The notes under the pieces were generated by a model. It worked only from the letters and a program-made list of their open reading frames with translations. It made no database searches and had not been told where the DNA came from. Both the position numbers and the translations under genes were made by a program. From the NCBI GenBank assembly GCA_001189165.1, contig LFCO01000001.1:10987-74986 (forward strand): a stretch of DNA of 64,000 nt, written 5' to 3'. Positions 37,117 through 46,108 of this stretch are shown here, one piece after another; the stretch's first letter is position 1, and each line of letters begins with the position of its first letter. This stretch comes from Parcubacteria bacterium C7867-005 (GTDB lineage: Bacteria; Patescibacteriota; Minisyncoccia; Phycocordibacterales; Zambryskibacteraceae).

Positions 37117-38289
37117 ATGAAGATATTTGGGCCCAAAAGAATATATTTGGATTATGCGTCCACTACTCCAGTATTGCCTGCTGTGAAAAAGGAGATGGAT
37201 CGATTTTTTATTGATAGTTTTCATAATCCATCTTCGATTTATAAAGAGGGAGTAGAGGCCAAAAAATTTTTAGAGAACTTTCGTACAAAGGTCGCACGGA
37301 TTATCGGTGTGAGTCAAAGAGACATAGTTTTCACCGCGAGTGGCACTGAGTCGATCAACCTCGCGCTACTCGGTATATTCGAGGAATCAAAAAAAACGAT
37401 AAACAAACCACACATCATCATCTCTGCCATAGAACATCCCGCGGTCAAAGAGTCAGCCAAAGAAGCTGTCCGAAGAGGAGCAGAAGTTAGTATCGTCCCA
37501 GTTGATGCGAGTGGTCTGGTCTCCATAGATGAGATAAGCAAAATTATCAGACCAGAGACCGTCCTCGTCTCGGTCATGCTTGCGAATAACGAGATAGGGG
37601 TTATCGAACCTGTCTCCAGGATTTCTCGTATGGTTCATGAATACAGAAAGAAAAATAATTCCAAATTTCCTTATATTCACACAGATGCGAGTCAGGCAGG
37701 TAATTATATAAAGATTAATCTACCTGCACTCGGCGTTGACCTTTTAACCTTGGATGGATCCAAGATTTATGGACCAAAGGGAGTGGGAGTACTTGTAGTC
37801 AGACCAGATGTTTCTTTGTCACCCATTGTTTTTGGTGGTGGCCAAGAAAGAGGATTAAGATCAGGCACAGAGAACCTAGCTGTTATCGCTGGTTTTACCA
37901 AAGCCTTTGAACTTGCTGATCTAGACAGAGGTAAAGAAGTAGAGAGGTTGAATAAAATTAAGCTTTATTTCATTGATCGTATAAAATCGAGTCTGCCGAA
38001 AGCAACCGTCAACACACCAGAAGAAAATAGTTTGCCAAACATAGTCAGTGTTTCTATGGTGGGCATGCTCGCAGAATTTGTGGCTATCAAACTCGATCTT
38101 ATGGGGATTATGGTCTCAACCGGGAGTTCTTGCGGTAACGTCAAGGGCTCTGGGGGCACAGAGACCGTGGTGGCCCTAGGTCAAGGTGAGCTAAGAGACT
38201 CCACTATTCGTTTTTCTTTTGGAAGAAGTACCACTAAAGCTCTTGTTGAAAAAGCCTTAACTAGCTTCATAAAAATAGTAGAGAAATAA
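37117..38289 (+). CDS. cysteine desulfurase (IscS/NifS-like class V aminotransferase)
   Basis: LDYASTTP, SAIEHPAV, PLP-Lys region TLDGSKIYGPKGVGVL, active-site loop SSGSSCG. Confidence 0.85.
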   Translation: MKIFGPKRIYLDYASTTPVLPAVKKEMDRFFIDSFHNPSSIYKEGVEAKKFLENFRTKVARIIGVSQRDIVFTASGTESINLALLGIFEESKKTINKPHIIISAIEHPAVKESAKEAVRRGAEVSIVPVDASGLVSIDEISKIIRPETVLVSVMLANNEIGVIEPVSRISRMVHEYRKKNNSKFPYIHTDASQAGNYIKINLPALGVDLLTLDGSKIYGPKGVGVLVVRPDVSLSPIVFGGGQERGLRSGTENLAVIAGFTKAFELADLDRGKEVERLNKIKLYFIDRIKSSLPKATVNTPEENSLPNIVSVSMVGMLAEFVAIKLDLMGIMVSTGSSCGNVKGSGGTETVVALGQGELRDSTIRFSFGRSTTKALVEKALTSFIKIVEK

Positions 38290-38313
38290 TATTTTTGTGT
38301 TATAATACCCTCC

Positions 38314-39132
38314 ATGGCGAACATGGAAGACCTCACAAAAACGCAGATGGTCCTTCTCACGCTTCTCGTGAGTTTTGTTACCTCTATTGCGACGGGGATA
38401 ATCACCGTGTCACTTCTGGCCGAGGCACCCGCGAGTGTTACTCAGACCATTAATCGTGTTGTAGAGAGGACTATAGAAAAGGTTACTCCAACTAATCCAA
38501 CCAGTTCAGGGGTTAAGGAGGTAACCATAGTCAAAGAAGAAGACGCGATAATCAGCGCCATAGACAAATCAGTCAGAGCGATAGTTCGCATCAAGACACC
38601 AGTTGATCCATACGGTACTCAGAACTTTTATGCCCTGGGCGTTGTGGTGTCCAAAGATGGTCTGGTCCTCTCAGACAAAAGAACACTGGTCTTAAATGGC
38701 ATTTACGATATCGTCTTGGCGGATGGCACGGTTTTGCAAGCAAACATCGTTCGTATGAGCGAAGAAGATAACCTCGCGCTCTTTAGGATAACTCCAGATA
38801 TTGCTCATACGAATAATTTTGACTTCATTTCTGTTTCAGATAGCGAACTCAAGTTAGGTCAAACAGCGATCGCTATACAGGGTATGGAAAAGAATACAAT
38901 CGGCATCGGACGCATTATGTCTGTCAACTATAGAAACGAAGCGGACACAAAAACTCTCTACAGTGTCGATACGGATATCAGTTCTATAAATGAAATCCAG
39001 GGCAGTCCATTGTTTAATCTCTCTGGTGAACTGGTAGGCATCAAGACATCCTACGATGATCTCAGTGTGCCTAGGGGTGCATACACCACATCAGTACCGA
39101 TGTCGGCGATAGTGGAGTTAGCACAACAGTAG
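38314..39132 (+). CDS. membrane-anchored trypsin-like (S1C/HtrA-like) peptidase-domain protein with degenerate GSPL in place of the GNSGGPL catalytic motif
   Basis: N-terminal TM; IQGSPLFNLSGELVGI aligns with the HtrA catalytic Ser region. Confidence 0.45.
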   Translation: MANMEDLTKTQMVLLTLLVSFVTSIATGIITVSLLAEAPASVTQTINRVVERTIEKVTPTNPTSSGVKEVTIVKEEDAIISAIDKSVRAIVRIKTPVDPYGTQNFYALGVVVSKDGLVLSDKRTLVLNGIYDIVLADGTVLQANIVRMSEEDNLALFRITPDIAHTNNFDFISVSDSELKLGQTAIAIQGMEKNTIGIGRIMSVNYRNEADTKTLYSVDTDISSINEIQGSPLFNLSGELVGIKTSYDDLSVPRGAYTTSVPMSAIVELAQQ

Positions 39133-39164
39133 GGGAGGTTTAGAAATTTGTTTTAAGAAATACC

Positions 39165-41840
39165 ATGCCACCAAATCATTTCACTACTAAAGCCAAAGAA
39201 GCGATACGTAAAGCTCACGAGCTGGCAATTGAGCGTGGACAAAATCACGTTAACCCGATGCATCTTTTGACATCACTGGTGGTTCAAGAAGAGAGCATTG
39301 TCATCTCAATCCTGGAGAAAATGGAGATCGACACACTTTTACTAACTGATTCTGTTTTAGAAGCCATAGAGAATGTCGAAACTTCACAAACACTTGCGCC
39401 TTCGTATCAGATATACCTAACTCCGGAGCTTGCTCATACAATAGAATCTAGCACCAAGGTCGCACAGTCACTCGGAGACGAATTTGTTTCTACAGAACAC
39501 TTATTCCTATCCATCCTAGATGTTCCTGGGGAAGCTAGGGATTTATTACAAAAATTCAAAATCGATCGCAATACTGTTGTGAAGGTTATCGAAGAGTTAA
39601 AAAAATCTAGCGCAGTTGAGCCCAAGACAGAAAAGAAATTTAAATCATTGTCCAAGTACACACGCTCGCTTACAAAGCTCGCTAAACTGAATAAACTTGA
39701 CCCAGTCATAGGGAGGGATGAAGAGATCTCTCGCATGGTTCAGATTCTCTCTAGGCGTACCAAGAACAATCCGATTCTTATTGGTGAAGCCGGAGTAGGC
39801 AAGACAGCGATTGCAGAGGGTTTGGCTATCAAGATGGCGAACGGTAACGTACCAGAATCATTGAAGGACAAAGAACTCGTCTCACTTGACCTCGGTTTGC
39901 TTATCGCAGGGACAAAGTACAGAGGGGAATTCGAAGAACGTCTAAAAAACATAATCAAAGAGATAGAAAAATCCGAAGGCAAAATAATCTTGTTTATAGA
40001 CGAGATCCACACTATCGTCGGTGCTGGTGCTGCAGAGGGTTCTATGGATGCATCTAATATGCTCAAGCCACCACTTGCCAGGGGGGAACTCCGAGCCATA
40101 GGTGCTACGACACTCAGAGAATATCAAAAGCACATCGAAAAAGATCCTGCCCTGACACGCAGGTTTCAGCCGGTCTATGTTAATGAACCGTCGGTCGAAG
40201 ATGCCATCACTATATTGCGTGGTCTCAAGGAGCGCTACGAGCTTTACCACGGTGTTCATATAACAGATGATGCTATTCGTTCTGCTGTCACCCTCTCATC
40301 TCGTTACATCACCGACAGATTCCTCCCAGATAAAGCAGTCGACCTCATCGACGAGGCCAGTTCTTATCTGAAAATCTCACTCGAAAATATGCCTCCAATT
40401 TTGGAAGAAACTCATTCTAAGATCATGAAGCTTGAGATAGAAAAAGAAGCATTAAAAAAAGAAACCAAGAATACGAAGGCCAAGGCCCGTATCAAGGTTA
40501 TAGAAAGAGAGATCGCTGATTTCAGAGAGAAAACTTCTGAGATTGAACTCAAATGGAAGAATGAGAAGGAGACCGTCCAGGGGATAAAAGAAATAAAGAA
40601 AAATTTGGAGATATTCCGTCTGGAGGCAGAAGCCGCAGAGGCTCGTGCAGATCTTTCTCGTGCAGCAGAATTACGCTACGGTAAAATACCAACCCTTGAA
40701 AAAGATCTTGATGCCAAGGCCAAGAGACTAAAAAAACTACAAAGTTCGAGGAGGATATTGAAAGAAGAAATAACCGAGGCAGACATCGCAGAGATAGTTA
40801 GCCGTTGGACATCTATCCCTGTTTCCAGAATGCTTGAAGAAGAAGTAGAAAAACTTACTCGAATGGAAGAGTTTTTGAAGAAGCGAATTGTTGGACAGGA
40901 TGAGGCGGTCAAGAAAATATCTGACACCGTGAAGAGGTCTCGTGCGGGTATATCCGATCCGAATAGACCGATCGGGTCCTTCATGTTCCTTGGCCCAACC
41001 GGCGTTGGTAAAACCGAGCTCACTAAGGCACTCGCTGAATTTATGTTTGATGATGAGAAGGCTCTGATCAGAGTTGATATGTCCGAGTACATGGAAAAGC
41101 ATTCAGTCTCTAAACTCATCGGAGCACCTCCGGGTTATGTTGGGTATGACGAAGGTTCACAGTTTACAGAGACAGTCAGACACAGACCATATTCAGTCAT
41201 ATTGTTTGATGAAATAGAAAAGGCTCACCCAGAAGTTTTCAACATCTTACTGCAGGTTCTTGATAACGGTCGACTGACAGATACCAAGGGACGAGTAGTG
41301 AATTTCAAGAACACCATTATCATCCTCACTTCAAATGTCGGCGCAGAACACATAGATAAAATGCAGTCTATCGGTTTTTCTAAGGGCGGCGAAAAAGAAA
41401 ATTATGAGAGTATCAAAGAGAAACTTCTGGACACTTTGAAAAATCACTTCAGGCCAGAATTCTTGAACAGACTCGATGACATTGTGGTCTTCGACGTCCT
41501 CACTAGGGAGACAATAAAATCGATCGTCTCTATCCAGATTGATGAGATAAAGAAGCGTCTCCAAGAGAAAGAAATCGAACTGGTAGTGGCAGATGATGTT
41601 TTCGAGCTACTGGCCGAAGAGGGGTACAACCCACAATACGGTGCGAGACCTCTGAAGCGTCTAATCCAAACCAAGATTTTGAACACGGTTGCTACCATGA
41701 TGATAGGGAACAAGGTTTTGACCGGAGGCACAGTGATGGTCGGAAGATCAGGCGACGAACTGACTTTTGAAGTGGTCAAAGGTAAAAGGTCGGGGAGTGT
41801 CAGCACCCTTACATCCAAGCCGGTGAAGTCTTCAAAGTGA
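39165..41840 (+). CDS. clpB: ATP-dependent chaperone ClpB
   Basis: Two AAA+ modules ([15 protein letters not shown]; [15 protein letters not shown]), long coiled-coil middle domain, 891 aa; ends TGA. Confidence 0.9.
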   Translation: MPPNHFTTKAKEAIRKAHELAIERGQNHVNPMHLLTSLVVQEESIVISILEKMEIDTLLLTDSVLEAIENVETSQTLAPSYQIYLTPELAHTIESSTKVAQSLGDEFVSTEHLFLSILDVPGEARDLLQKFKIDRNTVVKVIEELKKSSAVEPKTEKKFKSLSKYTRSLTKLAKLNKLDPVIGRDEEISRMVQILSRRTKNNPILIGEAGVGKTAIAEGLAIKMANGNVPESLKDKELVSLDLGLLIAGTKYRGEFEERLKNIIKEIEKSEGKIILFIDEIHTIVGAGAAEGSMDASNMLKPPLARGELRAIGATTLREYQKHIEKDPALTRRFQPVYVNEPSVEDAITILRGLKERYELYHGVHITDDAIRSAVTLSSRYITDRFLPDKAVDLIDEASSYLKISLENMPPILEETHSKIMKLEIEKEALKKETKNTKAKARIKVIEREIADFREKTSEIELKWKNEKETVQGIKEIKKNLEIFRLEAEAAEARADLSRAAELRYGKIPTLEKDLDAKAKRLKKLQSSRRILKEEITEADIAEIVSRWTSIPVSRMLEEEVEKLTRMEEFLKKRIVGQDEAVKKISDTVKRSRAGISDPNRPIGSFMFLGPTGVGKTELTKALAEFMFDDEKALIRVDMSEYMEKHSVSKLIGAPPGYVGYDEGSQFTETVRHRPYSVILFDEIEKAHPEVFNILLQVLDNGRLTDTKGRVVNFKNTIIILTSNVGAEHIDKMQSIGFSKGGEKENYESIKEKLLDTLKNHFRPEFLNRLDDIVVFDVLTRETIKSIVSIQIDEIKKRLQEKEIELVVADDVFELLAEEGYNPQYGARPLKRLIQTKILNTVATMMIGNKVLTGGTVMVGRSGDELTFEVVKGKRSGSVSTLTSKPVKSSK

Positions 41841-41879
41841 ATTGACGAATAAGGGAAAACCGATACAATACCATCTATC

Positions 41880-41965
41880 GCGTCGGTGGCGGAGTGGTCA
41901 ATCGCACTAGACTGTAAATCTGGCGCCTTCGGGCTTCGAAGGTTCGAATCCTTCCCGGCGCACCA
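41880..41965 (+). tRNA. tRNA-Tyr (anticodon GTA), long variable arm
   Basis: Acceptor GCGTCGG/CCGGCGC (one GU), anticodon stem-loop CTAGA-CTGTAAA-TCTGG, T-arm GAAGGTTCGAATCCTTC, ACCA encoded. Confidence 0.85.
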
Positions 41966-41970
41966 AATAT

Positions 41971-42267
41971 ATGAAACATGAGCAAACTCCTGGTCTAAGT
42001 GGAGGAGAAAGATTCTTGGCCTACAAAGATAAATTCACTTCGGTAGTTTTGAGTGATACTGTAGACCACGATAAACTCGAGCAATTAATGAAGGATATTC
42101 AGACTAGGGTGAGTCGTCTGCGAGTAAAATATGGTGACCTTATCTATGAAAACGCTTGGTACCATATGATTGTAGGAAGTTCGCCTATTCCTGGAAGAGC
42201 TTTAACTTATGAAGATTTTCCTGAAGAAGACTCCATAGCAGGTTTTATAGACAGCTTGCAAGTTTAG
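41971..42267 (+). CDS. hypothetical protein
   Basis: 98-aa ORF starting 6 nt after tRNA-Tyr; no motif recognised. Confidence 0.35.
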   Translation: MKHEQTPGLSGGERFLAYKDKFTSVVLSDTVDHDKLEQLMKDIQTRVSRLRVKYGDLIYENAWYHMIVGSSPIPGRALTYEDFPEEDSIAGFIDSLQV

Positions 42268-42292
42268 GGGTTTTTCGGTAATCTAATAACCT

Positions 42293-42466
42293 ATGTCACA
42301 GGATCATCTTATAAAACTTGTCTCCGTCGGAGATGAAAAGGGGGTAGGCAAGGGCCACACCTATTATTCGACCAAGAACAAGAAGTCAGTCGAGCGCAAA
42401 ATCGAGGTCAAGAAATACAATCCATTAGCCAAAAAGCATACGGTTTATAAGGAAAAGAAAGCCTAA
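42293..42466 (+). CDS. rpmG: 50S ribosomal protein L33 (57 aa; below the ORF-track length cutoff)
   Basis: Manual translation MSQDHLIKLVSVGDEKGVGKGHTYYSTKNKKSVERKIEVKKYNPLAKKHTVYKEKKA matches bL33 (KLVSSAGTGHFYTTTKNKR...KFDP...H..YKE). Confidence 0.8.
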   Translation: MSQDHLIKLVSVGDEKGVGKGHTYYSTKNKKSVERKIEVKKYNPLAKKHTVYKEKKA

Positions 42467-42470
42467 CAAA

Positions 42471-42498
42471 AACTCCGCCTCTGGCGGAGTTTTCATTT
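42471..42498. terminator. bidirectional rho-independent terminator (aaaactccgcctctggcggagttttcattt)
   Basis: 8-bp stem ctccgcc/ggcggag flanked by A4 and T4; lies between rpmG (+) and tRNA-Trp (-). Confidence 0.65.
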
Positions 42499-42500
42499 GG

Positions 42501-42571
42501 CGGGCCCACGAGGATTCGAACCTCGGTCAATCGTTTTGGAGACGATTATTCTACCACTGAACTATAGGCCC
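42501..42571 (-). tRNA. tRNA-Trp (anticodon CCA)
   Basis: Acceptor GGGCCTA/TGGGCCC, anticodon stem-loop ATCGT-CTCCAAA-ACGAT, T-arm CGAGGTTCGAATCCTCG. Confidence 0.85.
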
Positions 42572-43459
42572 TTAGAGGGCTATCCTAACATATTTCTCTA
42601 TTTCTTTGGATGCCCCAGATTCAAACCATTTTATGGACTTGTTCCTTTTAAACCAAGTCATTTGGCGTTTTGAATACTGTTTTATTTCTGTATAGAGTCT
42701 CTCTCTCATCTCCTGTCTGTCGATCTTATCCTGGAGAAACATAGCGATATATTTATATTCTAGTCCTAGGCTCTGCATACGCTTCCAAGTAAGTCCACGA
42801 TCATGCAACCTCTTACCCTCCTTAATCATCGGTTCCATGCGTTTGAGCAATCGTCTGTATATTTTTTCTTCAAGGTCTTTTTGCTCGGGTCTGATACCGA
42901 TGAATACGGTCTCCCACTGTGTCAACCTGGCAGGTTGACACAGTGGGACATGACCCAAGGCAGATACTATTTCAAGTGCTCGGATTAGGCGAACCTTGTT
43001 TTTAGAATCTATAGATTTCGCTCGAACAGGATCTTTCTTTTGAAGCATCATATACAACTCGTGAGCATCTTTTCTCTCCAGTCTTTCCCTCAGCACTTTA
43101 TTTGGTGGGACTTCAGGTAGATTAGTTTCTCCTATGAGGATGTCTATGTAAAACCCCGTACCACCGACGATAATCGGTGTTTTATTCCTTTCGAGGATAT
43201 CTATCAATATTTTTTCTCCGAGCACCTTGTAGTCAGAAGCAGAGAATGATTTCTTTGGATCTGCCACATCAAGCATGTGGTGAGGTATGTTGAGCATCTC
43301 TTTCTTGGTGATTTTTCCTGCACCTATGTTCAAACCTTTATAGACCTGTCTAGAATCAGCAGAAATAATCTCGCCATTAAATTTCTTGGCGAGGGAAACC
43401 GCAAGGGAACTTTTGCCCGATGCTGTTGGGCCGACTATGATTAAAACCTTGGGCTTCAT
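42572..43459 (-). CDS. miaA: tRNA dimethylallyltransferase
   Basis: VLIIVGPTASGKSSLAVSLA P-loop, ISADSRQVYKGLNIGAGK. Confidence 0.9.
   Translation of the reverse strand: MKPKVLIIVGPTASGKSSLAVSLAKKFNGEIISADSRQVYKGLNIGAGKITKKEMLNIPHHMLDVADPKKSFSASDYKVLGEKILIDILERNKTPIIVGGTGFYIDILIGETNLPEVPPNKVLRERLERKDAHELYMMLQKKDPVRAKSIDSKNKVRLIRALEIVSALGHVPLCQPARLTQWETVFIGIRPEQKDLEEKIYRRLLKRMEPMIKEGKRLHDRGLTWKRMQSLGLEYKYIAMFLQDKIDRQEMRERLYTEIKQYSKRQMTWFKRNKSIKWFESGASKEIEKYVRIAL
42911..42947. repeat. 37-bp perfect palindrome tcccactgtgtcaacctg-g-caggttgacacagtggga inside miaA (copy 2, encodes ...PLCQPARLTQWE...)
   Basis: Exact inverted arms; 23-bp core identical to the 21474-21508 copy except for the complementary centre base (the same element in the opposite orientation). 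Confidence 0.75.
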
Positions 43460-43463
43460 TTTG

Positions 43464-43544
43464 TGCCGGAGAAAGGACTCGAACCTTCACCCCTTGCGAG
43501 ACACGATTTTGAGTCGTGCGCGTCTACCATTCCGCCACTCCGGC
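43464..43544 (-). tRNA. tRNA-Leu (anticodon CAA), class II
   Basis: Acceptor GCCGGAG/TCTCCGGC, anticodon stem-loop CACGA-CTCAAAA-TCGTG, long variable arm, T-arm AAGGTTCGAGTCCTT. Confidence 0.85.
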
Positions 43545-43588
43545 ATTAACCCATACAACTTACAATAAACTCATGCTAAAATCTACTT

Positions 43589-44602
43589 ATGTCACAGTTT
43601 TATAACGACTCCATTTTCTGGATAGAGGTAGAGAAGATTCACCCAAACCCATATCAACCAAGAAAAGAATTTGATCAGGCGCATCTACAGAGTTTAGCCG
43701 ATTCTATGCGCCAGTATGGGGTTTTGCAGGCTTTGGTGGTTACTAGGACTGAAGTAGAGAAGCCGGATGGAGGCCTCGCTGTCGAATACGAACTCATCGC
43801 CGGAGAGCGTCGTTTACGTGCTGCTAAGCTTGCTGGCCTTACGCAAGTGCCAGTGCTTATTCGTACTGGAGCAGAAAACGATTTGACCAAACTTGAATTA
43901 GCGATTATCGAAAATATTCAGCGTGAGGATTTGAATCCAGTCGATAGGGCCAAAGCATTTGACCGACTCGCCAAAGAGTTTGGATTCAAGCATGCAGAAA
44001 TTGCCAAGAAAGTCGGCAAGAGTAGAGAGTACGTTTCTAATACCATGAGGTTGCTGATGCTCCCAGATCACATCCTTCAAGCACTTGCAGAAGGCAAAAT
44101 CACCGAAGGTCACACTCGTCCACTGATGATGCTCACAGATCGTAAAGAAGAGCAGGAAACGTTGTTTAAAGAAATTGTTTACAAAAAACTGAACGTACGT
44201 GAAGCAGAAGGCATTGCCAGGAGGATTGCCTTTGAGCGAGCAAGAAAATTAGTAGACCCAGAGTTGATAGATATAGAGGAAAAGCTCAAAGAATCATTAG
44301 GCACGAGGGTGCGTATAGAAAAGAAAGAGGAGGGAGGCAAGATCACTATAGACTTCTTTTCAAACGAAGATTTGCGTACGCTCTTTGACATACTGACCGC
44401 CCAAAAAGGGAATAAAGACGGGGATGCGATGCTCAAGAGATATATCGCCACCAAAGAAGCCGAAGGCTTGTCCGTAGAAAAAGCAGAACCACTGACTGTA
44501 GAAGAAAAACTAGAGCTCGATGACGAAGGCGATAAAGTGATGGAAAAACCCTTGGATGATGACGAAGAAGATCTCTATTCGATAAAAGATTTTACTGTTT
44601 AG
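43589..44602 (+). CDS. parB: ParB/Spo0J-family partition protein with a C-terminal acidic extension
   Basis: ParB box ELIAGERRLRAAKLAGLTQVPVLIR, HTH region, KITIDFFSNEDLRTL dimerisation-like C-terminus. Confidence 0.8.
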   Translation: MSQFYNDSIFWIEVEKIHPNPYQPRKEFDQAHLQSLADSMRQYGVLQALVVTRTEVEKPDGGLAVEYELIAGERRLRAAKLAGLTQVPVLIRTGAENDLTKLELAIIENIQREDLNPVDRAKAFDRLAKEFGFKHAEIAKKVGKSREYVSNTMRLLMLPDHILQALAEGKITEGHTRPLMMLTDRKEEQETLFKEIVYKKLNVREAEGIARRIAFERARKLVDPELIDIEEKLKESLGTRVRIEKKEEGGKITIDFFSNEDLRTLFDILTAQKGNKDGDAMLKRYIATKEAEGLSVEKAEPLTVEEKLELDDEGDKVMEKPLDDDEEDLYSIKDFTV

Positions 44603-46106
44603 TTTTTTGTCTCTTGGATAGTTCAATACGGATATGTCTTTTGGCTGTTGATGTTTTGCACATGTCTATCCACTTTTGATTAGCCTTGGCAGACGGACGG
44701 GTCATGATATCCACGATATCCCCGTTCTGTAGTTTTGTATCAAGGGAAGCGAGTTTGCCGTTCACCTTGGCCCCTAACATATGATTCCCTATGTCTGAGT
44801 GAATCGTATAAGCAAAATCAATCGGAGTTGAATCTATAGGGAGATCAACCACATCACCCTTTGGTGAGAAGGCGAATATTCTCTTACTAAAGAAGTCATT
44901 CTTTAGATGATCATCAAAGCTTGTCGCTTCACTCGAGTTTTCTTGGTACGTTACTAACTCCTGGATGAAACTAGGAATATCTTTGGAAGCGTTTAGAGTT
45001 GTGCGTATACCCTCTGTGTTTTTATTTTTAGGTAGTAGAGATCTGATCCAGCCTATAGTCTCTTCATCCTTACCAACCTTATCTTTTTTATAAGATATAT
45101 GGGATGCCACTCCATATTCTGAGTATGTGTGCATCTCATTGGTTTTAATTTGAACCTCTACAATATTGCCGTCTCCTGTAAAGATAGTCGTGTGTATTCC
45201 TTGGTAGCCATTTAATTTGGGGAAGGCTATGTAGTCCTTGATTCGTCCTGGTAAGGGCCTCCAGGTTGCATGAACAACACCCAGGGCCCTGTAGCAATCC
45301 TGAGTTGTTTCTACTATCATCCTGACCGCATTGATGTCATAGATCTTCTCTATATCTTTTTTCTGTAGAAGTTTTTTGTATAAGCTGTAGAGACCCTTAA
45401 CCCGATAATCAGTTTTTACTTTTATCAGACCTTCTTTGGCCAGAGCTTTTTTCACAGATTGGATAAATTTCTCCAGAGAATCATGTCTTTCTCTTTGCCC
45501 TTCTTTCATCAAATTTTTTAAATCCTCGTATTCCTTAGGATAAACATAAGGGAAGGCGAGATCTTCTAATTCTCTGTTGAGTTTTCTTATGCCCAACCTA
45601 TATGCGATAGGAGCGTAAATCTCCAGTGTCTCTGTTGCTATGCGTAGTTGTTTTTCTTTGGGCACATACGAAAGAGTTCTCATATTGTGTAAACGATCAG
45701 ACAGCTTGATCATAAGTACCCTGATATCTTCAGACATGGCCACAAAGAGTTTGCGCAAACTTTCATTATGCCTATCAGCACCACGGTACTTTACATTACC
45801 CAGTTTGGTTACTCCGTCTACCAGGAAAGCTATTTCTTTGCCAAACTCTTTTTCAATAGTCTCCAGACTCACACCACAATCTTCTACTACATCGTGCAAG
45901 AGTCCTGCAGAAACTGTGACAGCCCCCATACCCAGCTCTGCGAGAATTTTGGCCGTCTCAAAAACGTGTAGAAAATATTTTTCACCAGAGTGTCTTTTTT
46001 GCCCCTCGTGGGATTTTTCTGCGAACAAATAGGATTTATTGATGAGCGCCACTTCATCATTCGTTACTCCATCTATGAGCCGTATGATGTCTTGTGGATT
46101 GGTCAT
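44592..46106 (-). CDS. rel: RelA/SpoT-family (p)ppGpp synthetase/hydrolase (short: HD + synthetase + TGS)
   Basis: HD motif GLLHDVVED, synthetase region RIKDYIAFPKLNGYQGIHTT, C-terminal TGS IFAFSPKGDVVDLP. Confidence 0.85.
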   Translation of the reverse strand: MTNPQDIIRLIDGVTNDEVALINKSYLFAEKSHEGQKRHSGEKYFLHVFETAKILAELGMGAVTVSAGLLHDVVEDCGVSLETIEKEFGKEIAFLVDGVTKLGNVKYRGADRHNESLRKLFVAMSEDIRVLMIKLSDRLHNMRTLSYVPKEKQLRIATETLEIYAPIAYRLGIRKLNRELEDLAFPYVYPKEYEDLKNLMKEGQRERHDSLEKFIQSVKKALAKEGLIKVKTDYRVKGLYSLYKKLLQKKDIEKIYDINAVRMIVETTQDCYRALGVVHATWRPLPGRIKDYIAFPKLNGYQGIHTTIFTGDGNIVEVQIKTNEMHTYSEYGVASHISYKKDKVGKDEETIGWIRSLLPKNKNTEGIRTTLNASKDIPSFIQELVTYQENSSEATSFDDHLKNDFFSKRIFAFSPKGDVVDLPIDSTPIDFAYTIHSDIGNHMLGAKVNGKLASLDTKLQNGDIVDIMTRPSAKANQKWIDMCKTSTAKRHIRIELSKRQKTKQ

Positions 46107-46108
46107 GT

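Noticed and set aside
43589-44602. parS site near parB
   Set aside because: I did not find a tgtttcacgtgaaaca-like palindrome in or around parB on reading; none reported.
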